Source: Candidatus Buchananbacteria bacterium
GTDB taxonomy: Bacteria; Patescibacteriota; Patescibacteriia; 2-01-FULL-39-33
Direction: 5' to 3'
Length of the DNA: 55,488 nt
NCBI GenBank assembly: GCA_903863425.1
Contig: CAIPBY010000086.1
Location: 1 to 55,488, forward strand
Position 1 is the first letter of the stretch. Each line of letters opens with the position of its first letter. Shown piece after piece: positions 36,321-44,962 of the stretch. The position numbers and the translations under genes are program-made. The notes under the pieces were generated by a model, which made no database searches, was not told the origin of the DNA, and worked only from the letters and a program-made list of their open reading frames with translations.

Positions 36321-37622
36321 TTATTTTTTGTTCTTTTTAATAGACAAATACGCTTCGAGTGTTTCCTTGGCACAAGTAGCCCAATCCATATCTTTCACCC
36401 TCTCCCGACAATTAGTGCGGAACATCTCTCGAAGTCCATCATCTGTAATCATTTGATTCAAGGCATCTGTTATTTCTGATTCACTTTCCGGATTTATCAA
36501 AATCCCACATTCTTTACCCACTAATTCCGGCATTGAACTAATATTGGAAGAAATGACTGGAACATTCATACCCAAAGCCTCCAAAACGGGTAGCCCAAAT
36601 CCTTCATACAAAGAAGGAAAAACAAATGTAAAGGCATTTTTTATGAGCGCGTACTTTTCCTCGCTAGTAACATATCCTAAATATTTCACAGGGTTGTGCT
36701 GTCTTCTCTCCACGAATTTCCTTCGTTCCCCTTCTCGCTTCCTCTGTTCTTCATTCCTGGCATCCAAACCGCTTCTTCTCTCTTCACCACTGCGTTTTTT
36801 ATCCACTCCCAAAATACTGGCATTGGCATTGGCGATGGTGGCATATACCTCTTTATCACTCCAACCTTTAGCACCCGCCAAAATCAATTGGAAATCTTTG
36901 GCCGACGAATCATAAGTCATGAGCAGATTCCTGAAAGCTTTAATCAATCTTACCAGATTTTTCCTGGGCTCAATTGTACCGACGTAAAGAAAATAATTAC
37001 CGCTGATGCCGTATTTGAGTTTTATTTTATCAAAATCAGCATGCGCTGACTTGGCAATTCCGTGCGGATCCAATCCTTCATAAATCACTTCAATCTTTTC
37101 TTCCGGAATGCCGAAATTTTCGATGATATCCGACTTGGTGCTCTTGGAAACGGCAATAATTTTGCTCGCCTTAATTAAAGATTTGGGCACCAATATTTTG
37201 GTCGAGAAAATCTGCCGGCTAAGGAATTTCTTGGGGAAGAATTCCGGATATTTATAAATGGCCAAGTCATGAACCGTGAGAATTGTCGCTCCATTATAGA
37301 ACAACGGAATGACATTGGCTGGACAATGCAATAAATCCAACTTCTCCCGATTAAGAAACGAACCGATGAGCATCTGAGAATAAACAATAGGAAGATATTT
37401 TTTGTACTGATAAAAAGGGAATTTCCTGACAGTCACATTGTCTTGTTCAAATTCTTTAAAATTTTTAAATTTATTATCAAAAAACAAAACATATTGATTC
37501 TCCTTATCGAGAGAAAGCAAATTTTTTACCAAAAAATAAGTATAATGACCCACTCCGGCCAGCTCTCCGCCCTTGGTGTTGAGAATTGTCCTGCAATCAA
37601 TGCCTATTTTCATATTAATCAA
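36321..37622 (-). CDS. GT-B fold glycosyltransferase (GT4 family) with an internal Arg/Glu-rich insert
   Basis: KIGIDCRTI..GGELAGVGHYT at the N-terminus. The C-terminal PSLYEGFGLPVLEALGMNVPVISSN is an EX7E-type motif. An alternative start gives MKIGID at 37613. Confidence 0.85.
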   Translation of the reverse strand: MINMKIGIDCRTILNTKGGELAGVGHYTYFLVKNLLSLDKENQYVLFFDNKFKNFKEFEQDNVTVRKFPFYQYKKYLPIVYSQMLIGSFLNREKLDLLHCPANVIPLFYNGATILTVHDLAIYKYPEFFPKKFLSRQIFSTKILVPKSLIKASKIIAVSKSTKSDIIENFGIPEEKIEVIYEGLDPHGIAKSAHADFDKIKLKYGISGNYFLYVGTIEPRKNLVRLIKAFRNLLMTYDSSAKDFQLILAGAKGWSDKEVYATIANANASILGVDKKRSGEERRSGLDARNEEQRKREGERRKFVERRQHNPVKYLGYVTSEEKYALIKNAFTFVFPSLYEGFGLPVLEALGMNVPVISSNISSMPELVGKECGILINPESESEITDALNQMITDDGLREMFRTNCRERVKDMDWATCAKETLEAYLSIKKNKK

Positions 37623-38871
37623 TTAATAGTTGCCTAAATTTATCTTCATCCTTGAAAGGCCCAATTATGGCCATATTGGATTTACTGAAATTAATTATAT
37701 CACGAGCCACGGCAATTACCTCATCCAAAGTTACAGCCATAATTTTTTCTACTTTTTCAGATGGCTCCATAATTTTCCCAGTGGTGAGTTCTTGCACGCC
37801 ATACCAAATAGAAATTGCCGCCGTGTCTTCGAGATCAATCGCCATCTTGCCGGCGATATGATCTTTGGCTCTCTGCAGTTCTTCTTCGCTTATCTCCGGG
37901 AATTTATTCAATTCTTCTTTGATTAATTTAATAGCTGGCTCAATCCTCGCTTTGTCTAGCCCAGCTTGAATATGAAAAGATCCCGTATCCTCAAAATTAC
38001 TTATTCCGGAATGGATGAAATAAGCTAAACCTTCACGCTCTCTTATGCTCAAAAACAATCTAGAACTCATATAACCTCCCAGAACCACTGAGAGTAATTG
38101 TAAGGCGTGTATTTGGGGATGGCCGTAAGGAAGGCCTGGGAAACCAAGCACCAATTGCACTTGCTCTGTTTCCTTGAATTTCACAACCGCTTGAGGATTG
38201 TCTTGAGCTATCTTTATCCCTTCAAATTTATTAATTTCTTCTCCTGACGAAAAACAGAATTTCTCCTCGATCTCTTGCAAGTGATTATCTTGATAATTTC
38301 CAGAAATAGAAATGACAATATTCTTGCCATTATATAATTTATGCTTGTAATCCGATAATTCAGAATTACTCAATCCCCTTACCGTCTCCTTGGTGCCGGC
38401 GATAGCGCGAGACAAAGGATTATTTTGAAACAATATGCGTTCATACATTTCCTCGACAGACATGAGAGGATTATCCTCATACATATTTATTTCTTCCACA
38501 ATCACTCCTTTTTCCTTCTCCACTTCCGCTCCTTCTATCTTGGAATTAAGCAGCATATCAGAAAGCATGTCTATGGCTAATGAAAAATGCCTAGCATCAG
38601 CCTTGATATAGTAAGCCGTATAATCTTTACCCGTAAAAGCATTATACTCAGCACCTACGCCATCAAGCTCTTTGGACAAGTCAAACGTAGTCGGCCTTCT
38701 CTCCGTTCCCTTAAACATCATATGCTCCACAAAATGCGAGGCGCCGTTTAATTTCTCATTTTCATATCTTGAACCGGCCCTGATCAAAACCAAAATATTC
38801 GCCGTCTGGGTTTCTTTGAGTGGCGAAGTGATTAATCTGACATTATTTGGTAAAACTTTTTTTGAATGCAT
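37615..38871 (-). CDS. M16 family (pitrilysin-like) zinc peptidase
   Basis: The inverted zinc motif HFVEHMMFKGT, plus an M16 C-terminal-domain-like remainder. Confidence 0.85.
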   Translation of the reverse strand: MHSKKVLPNNVRLITSPLKETQTANILVLIRAGSRYENEKLNGASHFVEHMMFKGTERRPTTFDLSKELDGVGAEYNAFTGKDYTAYYIKADARHFSLAIDMLSDMLLNSKIEGAEVEKEKGVIVEEINMYEDNPLMSVEEMYERILFQNNPLSRAIAGTKETVRGLSNSELSDYKHKLYNGKNIVISISGNYQDNHLQEIEEKFCFSSGEEINKFEGIKIAQDNPQAVVKFKETEQVQLVLGFPGLPYGHPQIHALQLLSVVLGGYMSSRLFLSIREREGLAYFIHSGISNFEDTGSFHIQAGLDKARIEPAIKLIKEELNKFPEISEEELQRAKDHIAGKMAIDLEDTAAISIWYGVQELTTGKIMEPSEKVEKIMAVTLDEVIAVARDIINFSKSNMAIIGPFKDEDKFRQLLID

Positions 38872-38875
38872 TAAA

Positions 38876-40249
38876 TTAATTTATATTTTTCTTGAAATAT
38901 TCTCCCAGTTCCTCAATCTTCATCCTCTCCTGCTTCATAGTATCCCTATCACGCACTGTCACGGCCTTATCCTCGAGAGAGTCGAAATCCACAGTAACGC
39001 AATATGGCGTTCCAATCTCATCCTGCCTTCTATATCTCTTGCCCACATTGCCATTGTCATCAAACTCGCACATGAAATCCAACTTAAGCAAATCAAAAAT
39101 CTCTTTGGCCTTCTTGACCAACTCCGGTTTGTTTTTCATCAGCGGAAAAATAGCAACTTTAATTGGCGCAATCGCTTTGGGCAAATGCATGACAACCCTA
39201 ATATCATCGCCATCAAGCTTTTCCTCCTCATAAGCCGCACACAAAGCAACCAAAACACTTCTATCCACGCCAAAGGTCGGCTCAAGTACATGTGGAATAT
39301 ACTTTTTGTTTTCAGAATCCGTATAATTCAAATCTTGACCGGAAAATTTAGCGTGTTGAGTAAGATCAAAGTCCCCTCGATGCGCCAAGCCGTACAGCTC
39401 GCTCCAACCAAACGGAAAATTATATTCAATATCAACTGTCTTCCTAGAATAATGTGATAACTTTTCCTTGGAATGTTCCCTTAACTTAATATCTTTCTTC
39501 TTGGCGCCAAGAGCAAAGACAAATTCTTGCTGTTGCTCTAGCCAAGAGTCAAATAGCTTCTGCCACTTCTCGTCGGGTGAGATGAAATATTCTATTTCCA
39601 TCTGTTCAAATTCTCGCAGACGGAAAATAAAGTTACCGGCCACGATTTCATTCCTGAAAGCTTTGCCGATTTGAGCAATGCCGAATGGAATCTTGACCCT
39701 CATAGAATCAACCACATTTTTGAAATCAGCAAAAATCGCTCCGGCTGTTTCTGGTCGCAAATATACCGGCTCATCGATGCCATTCATCTCTGTCTTAAAC
39801 ATCATATTTAAATATCTGACTTCAGTCCAATTAGATTTCCCGCAATTCGGACACTTTATTTTTTCCGCAACCAAAATCTTATTCATACCCTCCAAATCAC
39901 CTTCCAAGTCCTTGCCCGTAATCTCAGTTATCATATTATCAGCGCGAAACCTTTTCTTACATTCCCTACAATCCACCATAACATCATTAAATCCTGATAA
40001 ATGCCCGGAAGCTTCCCACAATTTCGGATGAAGCAGAATTGGTCCATCCATACCCACCATATCCTCTCTTTCTTGGACGAATTTCTTCCACCACAGCTTC
40101 TTGATATTGTTTTTCAATTCCGTGCCATATGGACCGTAAGAATAGGCATTGGCGAAACCACCATAAATCTCGCAAGCAGGAAAAATATAACCCCTTCTCT
40201 TACACAAAGAAACTATTTTTTGCATTAGATCACTGGTGTTTTCCTTCAT
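38876..40249 (-). CDS. glyQS: Glycyl-tRNA synthetase (dimeric alpha2 type)
   Basis: RGYIFPACEIYGGFANAYSYGPYG, LRPETAGAIF, FRNEI..GNFIFRLREFEQMEIEYF, and the anticodon-binding C-terminus. Confidence 0.9.
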   Translation of the reverse strand: MKENTSDLMQKIVSLCKRRGYIFPACEIYGGFANAYSYGPYGTELKNNIKKLWWKKFVQEREDMVGMDGPILLHPKLWEASGHLSGFNDVMVDCRECKKRFRADNMITEITGKDLEGDLEGMNKILVAEKIKCPNCGKSNWTEVRYLNMMFKTEMNGIDEPVYLRPETAGAIFADFKNVVDSMRVKIPFGIAQIGKAFRNEIVAGNFIFRLREFEQMEIEYFISPDEKWQKLFDSWLEQQQEFVFALGAKKKDIKLREHSKEKLSHYSRKTVDIEYNFPFGWSELYGLAHRGDFDLTQHAKFSGQDLNYTDSENKKYIPHVLEPTFGVDRSVLVALCAAYEEEKLDGDDIRVVMHLPKAIAPIKVAIFPLMKNKPELVKKAKEIFDLLKLDFMCEFDDNGNVGKRYRRQDEIGTPYCVTVDFDSLEDKAVTVRDRDTMKQERMKIEELGEYFKKNIN

Positions 40250-40316
40250 ATTTAGCTAATATTTATCTAATTAAATTTATCTCATCTTAACTTATAAATC
40301 ACTCTTTGGCAAGACG

Positions 40317-40613
40317 TTATTTCAGCCTTCTAACCCACTTCTGTAAGCGCTTCAAGCTCTCCCTGGATTGCCCTATTTCATGATCAATTAAATTTATAAT
40401 ATTTTTCTTGTGTTCATTAATCCAAACTTCGCTAGTATACCAAATATCACCAACCTTGAAAGCCTTTAACTTTCCCTTGGTAGCCATATTGAGTAAATAT
40501 TTAAAATTAAATAAAAATTTTTCCGGCGTTTTTTCCAAAGGAAAATATCCTTCGCCTAAATAAAAATCATCATCTTTATGATCAAATAACATTGCCTCAA
40601 AATTATTAATCAT
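40317..40613 (-). CDS. Hypothetical small protein (possible excisionase-type HTH)
   Basis: A 98-aa ORF. KGKLKAFKVGDIWYTSEVWI resembles the HTH_17 '..AFKIGGRW..' pattern. The evidence is weak. Confidence 0.35.
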   Translation of the reverse strand: MINNFEAMLFDHKDDDFYLGEGYFPLEKTPEKFLFNFKYLLNMATKGKLKAFKVGDIWYTSEVWINEHKKNIINLIDHEIGQSRESLKRLQKWVRRLK

Positions 40614-40694
40614 CTTAAACTAATTATATCACAATTTAATAAAATAAAAACAAAAGGGCAGACACATAGGTCTGCCCCTACAAATACAAAATTG

Positions 40695-41282
40695 CTACTG
40701 TACCGCTTGTGTTGCTGGTGCCGCCTTAGAATCTGTTTTCTGCTTCGTGACATAATCATTTATAGCAGAAACCACCTTGGAATCATTTTTTAATTTTTCT
40801 GTAAGAAGAATCTGATCCCGATTGATAATCATAGCATCGCTTGGGCCATGCAACTCATTGCCCAACTTGACTAAAGTCAATTCTTGTTGCTGTTGTTGAT
40901 CAGCTGCCCCGCCCTGCTGAGTGGTCTGTAGTGGCTTAGAGACGACCTGCAGATAATAAATGTCTGCCAAAGTCAAAGTCTTATCACTTGTACCCTTGAC
41001 CTTTCCAAAATAGACTTGGCCATTAGTTAAAAATATAGCCTGCCAATCACCGGAAACAAAAGCAATATTATCCGAGGAACTGGAATTGACAACTCCAAAC
41101 TTAGCCAATCCATACCAGCCAATAATAATTATAATCACAATTACTAGGATGGTCACAATAGCCTTGAGCCAGCCATTGCCTGACCGTCTCTCTGCTCTAG
41201 CCGGCAGATTAATTCTCTGATCCAATTCTTGCTCCTCATCTGTCATTTCCGACAGCGGATGCCTGTTTTTAAGATACGCCAT
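40695..41282 (-). CDS. Hypothetical single-pass membrane protein
   Basis: 195 aa, with the TM segment WLKAIVTILVIVIIIIIGWYGLA. I recognise no family. Confidence 0.5.
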   Translation of the reverse strand: MAYLKNRHPLSEMTDEEQELDQRINLPARAERRSGNGWLKAIVTILVIVIIIIIGWYGLAKFGVVNSSSSDNIAFVSGDWQAIFLTNGQVYFGKVKGTSDKTLTLADIYYLQVVSKPLQTTQQGGAADQQQQQELTLVKLGNELHGPSDAMIINRDQILLTEKLKNDSKVVSAINDYVTKQKTDSKAAPATQAVQ

Positions 41283-41336
41283 TGTATTTTTCTCCTTATT
41301 TTTCTACGCAAGGTAGAAATATATTATTAATTATAT

Positions 41337-42374
41337 TTATTCTTTTTTGAAATCCACAAAATCAGAAACTGCCACACTGATGGCTGTAGCTACCGGAATG
41401 GCAATTAATATTCCCAATATTCCTGCCATGGTTCCGCCAATTAACATAGCTATAATTACAACAACCGGATTTAGTCCCACTGCCCTCTTCATGACCATAG
41501 GAACAATAAACAAATTCTCTGCTTGCTGAATTATAATATAAAGCCCGATAACTAGCAATCCCAAATACGGAGCTTGAGTAAAACCGACAAAAACAGCAGG
41601 GATTGCTCCCAAGAAAGGACCGAGGTATGGAATAAACTCAGTCACACCGGCAAAAACTGCCAAAACTAAGGCGTATTTAACCCCCAAAAGCGAGAGCCCC
41701 AACCAACTCATGGAAAATATTATCAGGCACAAAATCAATTGTCCCCTTATCCAAAGTCCCAGCTTCTCTTGTATTCTATTGATTAAATTAGTAGAATAAG
41801 GCTGGTATTTAACAGGAATAAATACTCTCACGCTCCTTTTGACAAATTGATCATCAGCAGAAAAATAGAAAGTCAAAACCAGTAACATAAAAATAGAGAA
41901 TAATCCGCCCAAGAATGAGAATAACTGCCCAAAGAATCCTCCAGCCAACTGGCTCAGATTTGCTTGTAAAGAGTTGAGCGCATTAGAAATATTATCGCCA
42001 AGCCCTTGAGCATTGAAAAAGGCGCGAAAAGTATTCATCTCACTAGTAGCCTTACCCCAAAAACTCGGAAAATCCTGAATGAGGCCGTTCATTTCTGTGG
42101 CTATCGGTGGTATAATCAGATAGACAGCGCCAGCAATAACTAAAAACAAAAGTGCATAAATACACAAGATACTTACGACCCGAGGAATCCTGAACTTCTG
42201 CATCCAACCCACCCAAGGATTAATGGCCGATGATAGAATTAAAGAAACAAAAATAAGAAGCACAATATCGCGGATAAAAAACAAGAAAAATATCGCGACA
42301 ATTATAAATAATATCTTCAGAAGAGTAGCAGAAGAAACATCGATGGTAACTTTCTTTGACACGCCTTGAGCCAT
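41337..42374 (-). CDS. AI-2E family transporter (PerM-like permease)
   Basis: 345 aa and polytopic. The ITEFIPYLGPFLGAIPAV-type motif (here VTEFIPYLGPFLGAIPAVFVG) is characteristic. Confidence 0.8.
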   Translation of the reverse strand: MAQGVSKKVTIDVSSATLLKILFIIVAIFFLFFIRDIVLLIFVSLILSSAINPWVGWMQKFRIPRVVSILCIYALLFLVIAGAVYLIIPPIATEMNGLIQDFPSFWGKATSEMNTFRAFFNAQGLGDNISNALNSLQANLSQLAGGFFGQLFSFLGGLFSIFMLLVLTFYFSADDQFVKRSVRVFIPVKYQPYSTNLINRIQEKLGLWIRGQLILCLIIFSMSWLGLSLLGVKYALVLAVFAGVTEFIPYLGPFLGAIPAVFVGFTQAPYLGLLVIGLYIIIQQAENLFIVPMVMKRAVGLNPVVVIIAMLIGGTMAGILGILIAIPVATAISVAVSDFVDFKKE

Positions 42375-42445
42375 AAATAAAAATTAATTTATATTACCTT
42401 AATTATACAAGATCGGCTGTATAGCGTCAACACAAATAAATCAAA

Positions 42446-42904
42446 ATGAATAAAAAAATATTAGCCAAAAACACCGAAGGATTATTCAACTATGAAATAA
42501 TGGATAAGCTTACTGCTGGCATCGTGCTTTCCGGACCGGAAGTAAAGTCCATAAAAAACTCCCGCCTCAGCCTGAAAGGCTCTTACATTAGGATTGACCA
42601 CGACAGCGAGGCCTGGCTTATAAATTGCCATGTCGCTCCCTACGGGCCGGCCAAAAACGTCCAAATGGGCTACGATCCCCAGAAACCGCGCAAACTTCTG
42701 CTTCGCAAAAAAGAGATCAGTTCACTTATTGGCAAATCCAAGCAAAAAGGCTTGACAATTATCCCAACTTCTGTATATAATAACAAAGGACTTATCAAGG
42801 TAGAAATTGCCTTAGTTAAGGGAAAAACCAAGGTTGATAAGCGTGAATCCATCAAAAAACGCGAAGTTGACCGACAGATAAAAAGAACCTTAAAACAGAG
42901 ATAA
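42446..42904 (+). CDS. smpB: SsrA-binding protein SmpB
   Basis: NYEIMDKLTAGIVLSGPEVKSIK, NCHVAPY, RKLLLRKKEI and the basic C-terminal tail. Confidence 0.9.
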   Translation: MNKKILAKNTEGLFNYEIMDKLTAGIVLSGPEVKSIKNSRLSLKGSYIRIDHDSEAWLINCHVAPYGPAKNVQMGYDPQKPRKLLLRKKEISSLIGKSKQKGLTIIPTSVYNNKGLIKVEIALVKGKTKVDKRESIKKREVDRQIKRTLKQR

Positions 42905-42929
42905 ACTCTACTAAATTACACCAAAATTT

Positions 42930-43317
42930 GGGGATGTATGTTTTGATAGAGAGCCAATTATAAAATGGCAAGCCGAGCTTGATAATATCTCGTTAAACCA
43001 TTATCAACTATATAAGTGCCAAAAACTTATTGGCAAAGGTAACATCCGCTTTTAGTGGATTAGCTTTTGCTCCTGCTATTGCCTAATTTAGGCCAAAATA
43101 GCCATCGCCCCATCCATTTCTCATAAGTGGTAAGCGGTGTTATATTATGAGAATCGACAAGGATCATGCCCTTTGAAACTTGTTTAAACTTAAAGGGATA
43201 GGCTTATATTATTTTGCTCTTTTCTCAAATATAAGCTAAAATATTATAAAAGAGCGAAAGCTTGTGAACCTATTTATAGTTTCTTTCTAGACAGGAGCTC
43301 ATTACTCCTCATCTCCA
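42930..43317 (+). ncRNA. ssrA: tmRNA (ssrA)
   Basis: It starts 26 nt after the smpB stop. The 5' GGGGATG pairs with the 3' CATCTCC, including the G3-U70 wobble. There is a T-arm-like AGGAG-CTCATTA-CTCCT. The candidate tag ORF at 43018-43086 is GCC AAA ... GCT ATT GCC TAA (AKNLLAKVTSAFSGLAFAPAIA*). No CCA is encoded. Confidence 0.7.
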
Positions 43318-43324
43318 CGGGCAA

Positions 43325-43470
43325 GTTAAAAGTTATCAAGTTGAAAGTTATAAAGCTTGATAGCCTTAACTCATTAAAATATTTAAGGATATTTAATTAA
43401 TTTAAAAAGCCATGGGGTTATAAAGCTATGGAAATAACTTTATAACTTTATAACTTTTGACTTTATAACT
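43325..43470. repeat. Inverted array of TTATAAAG / CTTTATAA motifs upstream of infC
   Basis: Forward copies (AAGTTATCAAGTTGAAAGTTATAAAGC, GGTTATAAAGC) are followed by reverse copies (AACTTTATAACTTTATAACTTTTGACTTTATAACT). The array ends 4 nt before the infC ATG. Confidence 0.7.
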
Positions 43471-43473
43471 AAG

Positions 43474-44034
43474 ATGCGAAGATCATTTCGAGGAAAGGGT
43501 TCTGTTGCCGTGGATTTAAGCAAGGAACTGCGTATAAACGAAAAAATATTTGCCAAAGAGCTCATGGTCATTGATGAGGCCGGACTTCCGTTGGGACTGC
43601 TGGATAGAGATCGGGCTCTTGAAGAAGCGAATACGAGGGGTTTCGATCTTGTCGAGGTGTCCCCCAAGGCCGTTCCCCCAATTGCCAAGTTCATGGATTT
43701 TGGAAGCTACAAATATCAGAAAGAAAAGCAAGAGAGAAAAAGCAAATCCAAAAACAAAACTGCAACGCTCAAAACAATCAAAATATCCACCCGCATCGGC
43801 CAGCACGATTTGGATATCCGATCATTGCAAGCAGTGAAATTCCTGGCTGATGGCGACAAGGTAAAAATAGAATTAATGCTTCGAGGACGCGAACATCAGC
43901 ATGTTGATTTAGCTCATGACTGCATCAAAAAAATGATTGCCGACATTGCTTCAAGAATTACGGATAAACAATTGAAAACCGAGCAAGATGTCAGCAGATT
44001 GGGAAGCAAGTTATCGGCCGTGATTTCATTGTAG
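43474..44034 (+). CDS. infC: Translation initiation factor IF-3
   Basis: RINEKIFAKELMVIDEAGLPLGLLDRDRALEEANTRGFDLVEVSPKAVPPIAKFMDFGSYKYQ plus the C-domain. The start codon is uncertain because infC often uses a non-ATG start. Confidence 0.85.
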   Translation: MRRSFRGKGSVAVDLSKELRINEKIFAKELMVIDEAGLPLGLLDRDRALEEANTRGFDLVEVSPKAVPPIAKFMDFGSYKYQKEKQERKSKSKNKTATLKTIKISTRIGQHDLDIRSLQAVKFLADGDKVKIELMLRGREHQHVDLAHDCIKKMIADIASRITDKQLKTEQDVSRLGSKLSAVISL

Positions 44035-44175
44035 GGGGATTACCCCATATTAGCTCCTCGGCTCGGAAATGCAAAAGATTACTTTTTCACTTCTCTCGCT
44101 CTACGTCGCTAATAATAAAAAATAATTAATATAATATAAAGGGCGAACAAAACCGCCTCTTGATAACTAAAATTT

Positions 44176-44373
44176 ATGCCAAAGATTAAAACCAGACAGG
44201 CTGTCGCCAAAAGATTCAAGGTAACCAAAAATGGAAAGGTTATCAAGAGAACTGCCGGCCAGGATCATTTCAACGCCAGGGAGTCAGGCAATACCAAAAG
44301 ACAGAAAAGACGCGATACTTCTATTGCCAAGGTGGATTGCAAAAATATTAAAATGATGATTCCGTACAATTAA
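44176..44373 (+). CDS. rpmI: 50S ribosomal protein L35
   Basis: MPKIKTRQAVAKRFKVTKNGKVIKRTAGQDHFNA. Confidence 0.9.
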   Translation: MPKIKTRQAVAKRFKVTKNGKVIKRTAGQDHFNARESGNTKRQKRRDTSIAKVDCKNIKMMIPYN

Positions 44374-44476
44374 GTTGAAAGTTCATAAAGTTATAAAGTT
44401 CATAAAGTTAGGATTTTATAAACGACGTGAACAAAAAACTTTTAACTTTATAACTTTACAAACTTTATAAACTAAT
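44374..44476. repeat. Second inverted array of the same TTATAAAG / CTTTATAA motifs, between rpmI and rplT
   Basis: GTTGAAAGTTCATAAAGTTATAAAGTTCATAAAGTT ... AACTTTATAACTTTACAAACTTTATAAAC. It shares GTTGAAAGTT(C)ATAAAG with the infC-upstream array. Confidence 0.7.
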
Positions 44477-44479
44477 ATT

Positions 44480-44824
44480 ATGCCAAGAGTAAAACGAGGA
44501 GTTCAACACGCCAAACGAAGAGCCAATGTTTTGAAAAAGACCAAGGGTTTTGAGGGCGGTAGAAAAAGCAAAATCAAATTAGCCAGAACCGCTGTCAATA
44601 AAGCCGGCGCTTATGCTTATCGCGATCGCAGAGTTAAGAAAAGAACTGCTAGAGCTTTGTGGCAAATACAGATCGGTGCCGCGACCAGAGAGTTGGGTGT
44701 TAGCTACAGCAAATTCATCGACGGACTCAAGAAAGCCAACATTGAATTGGATAGAAAAGTCCTAGCTGAAATGGCTGAGAATCAACCACAAATATTTGCC
44801 AAGATAGTTGAGAAAGTAAAATAA
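44480..44824 (+). CDS. rplT: 50S ribosomal protein L20
   Basis: MPRVKRGVQHAKRRANVLKKTKGFEGGRKSKIKLARTAVNKAGAYAYRDRR. Confidence 0.9.
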   Translation: MPRVKRGVQHAKRRANVLKKTKGFEGGRKSKIKLARTAVNKAGAYAYRDRRVKKRTARALWQIQIGAATRELGVSYSKFIDGLKKANIELDRKVLAEMAENQPQIFAKIVEKVK

Positions 44825-44888
44825 TTCTGTAGTGGTAGGCCTATGTGCCTACCCAAATGGGCAACCACAAGGGTTGCCCCTACAACCT

Positions 44889-44962
44889 GGATCGGTAGAT
44901 CAACTGGTTAGATCGCGTCCCTGTCACGGACGAGGTTGCGGGTTCGAGTCCCGTCCGGTCCG
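44889..44962 (+). tRNA. tRNA-Asp (GUC)
   Basis: GGATCGG-TA-GATC-AACTGGTTA-GATC-G-CGTCC-CTGTCAC-GGACG-AGGTT-GCGGG-TTCGAGT-CCCGT-CCGGTCC-G. No CCA is encoded. Confidence 0.85.

Noticed and set aside
38672-39457. A 261-aa plus-strand ORF, and other plus-strand ORFs across 37630-40228.
   Set aside because: It is antisense to the well-supported M16 peptidase and glyQS genes. The translation is hydrophobic and low-complexity with no family resemblance.
43325-44476. The TTATAAAG repeat clusters as a CRISPR array.
   Set aside because: The repeats are 8-12 nt and arranged as inverted arrays, with no regular repeat-spacer periodicity. No cas genes are present.
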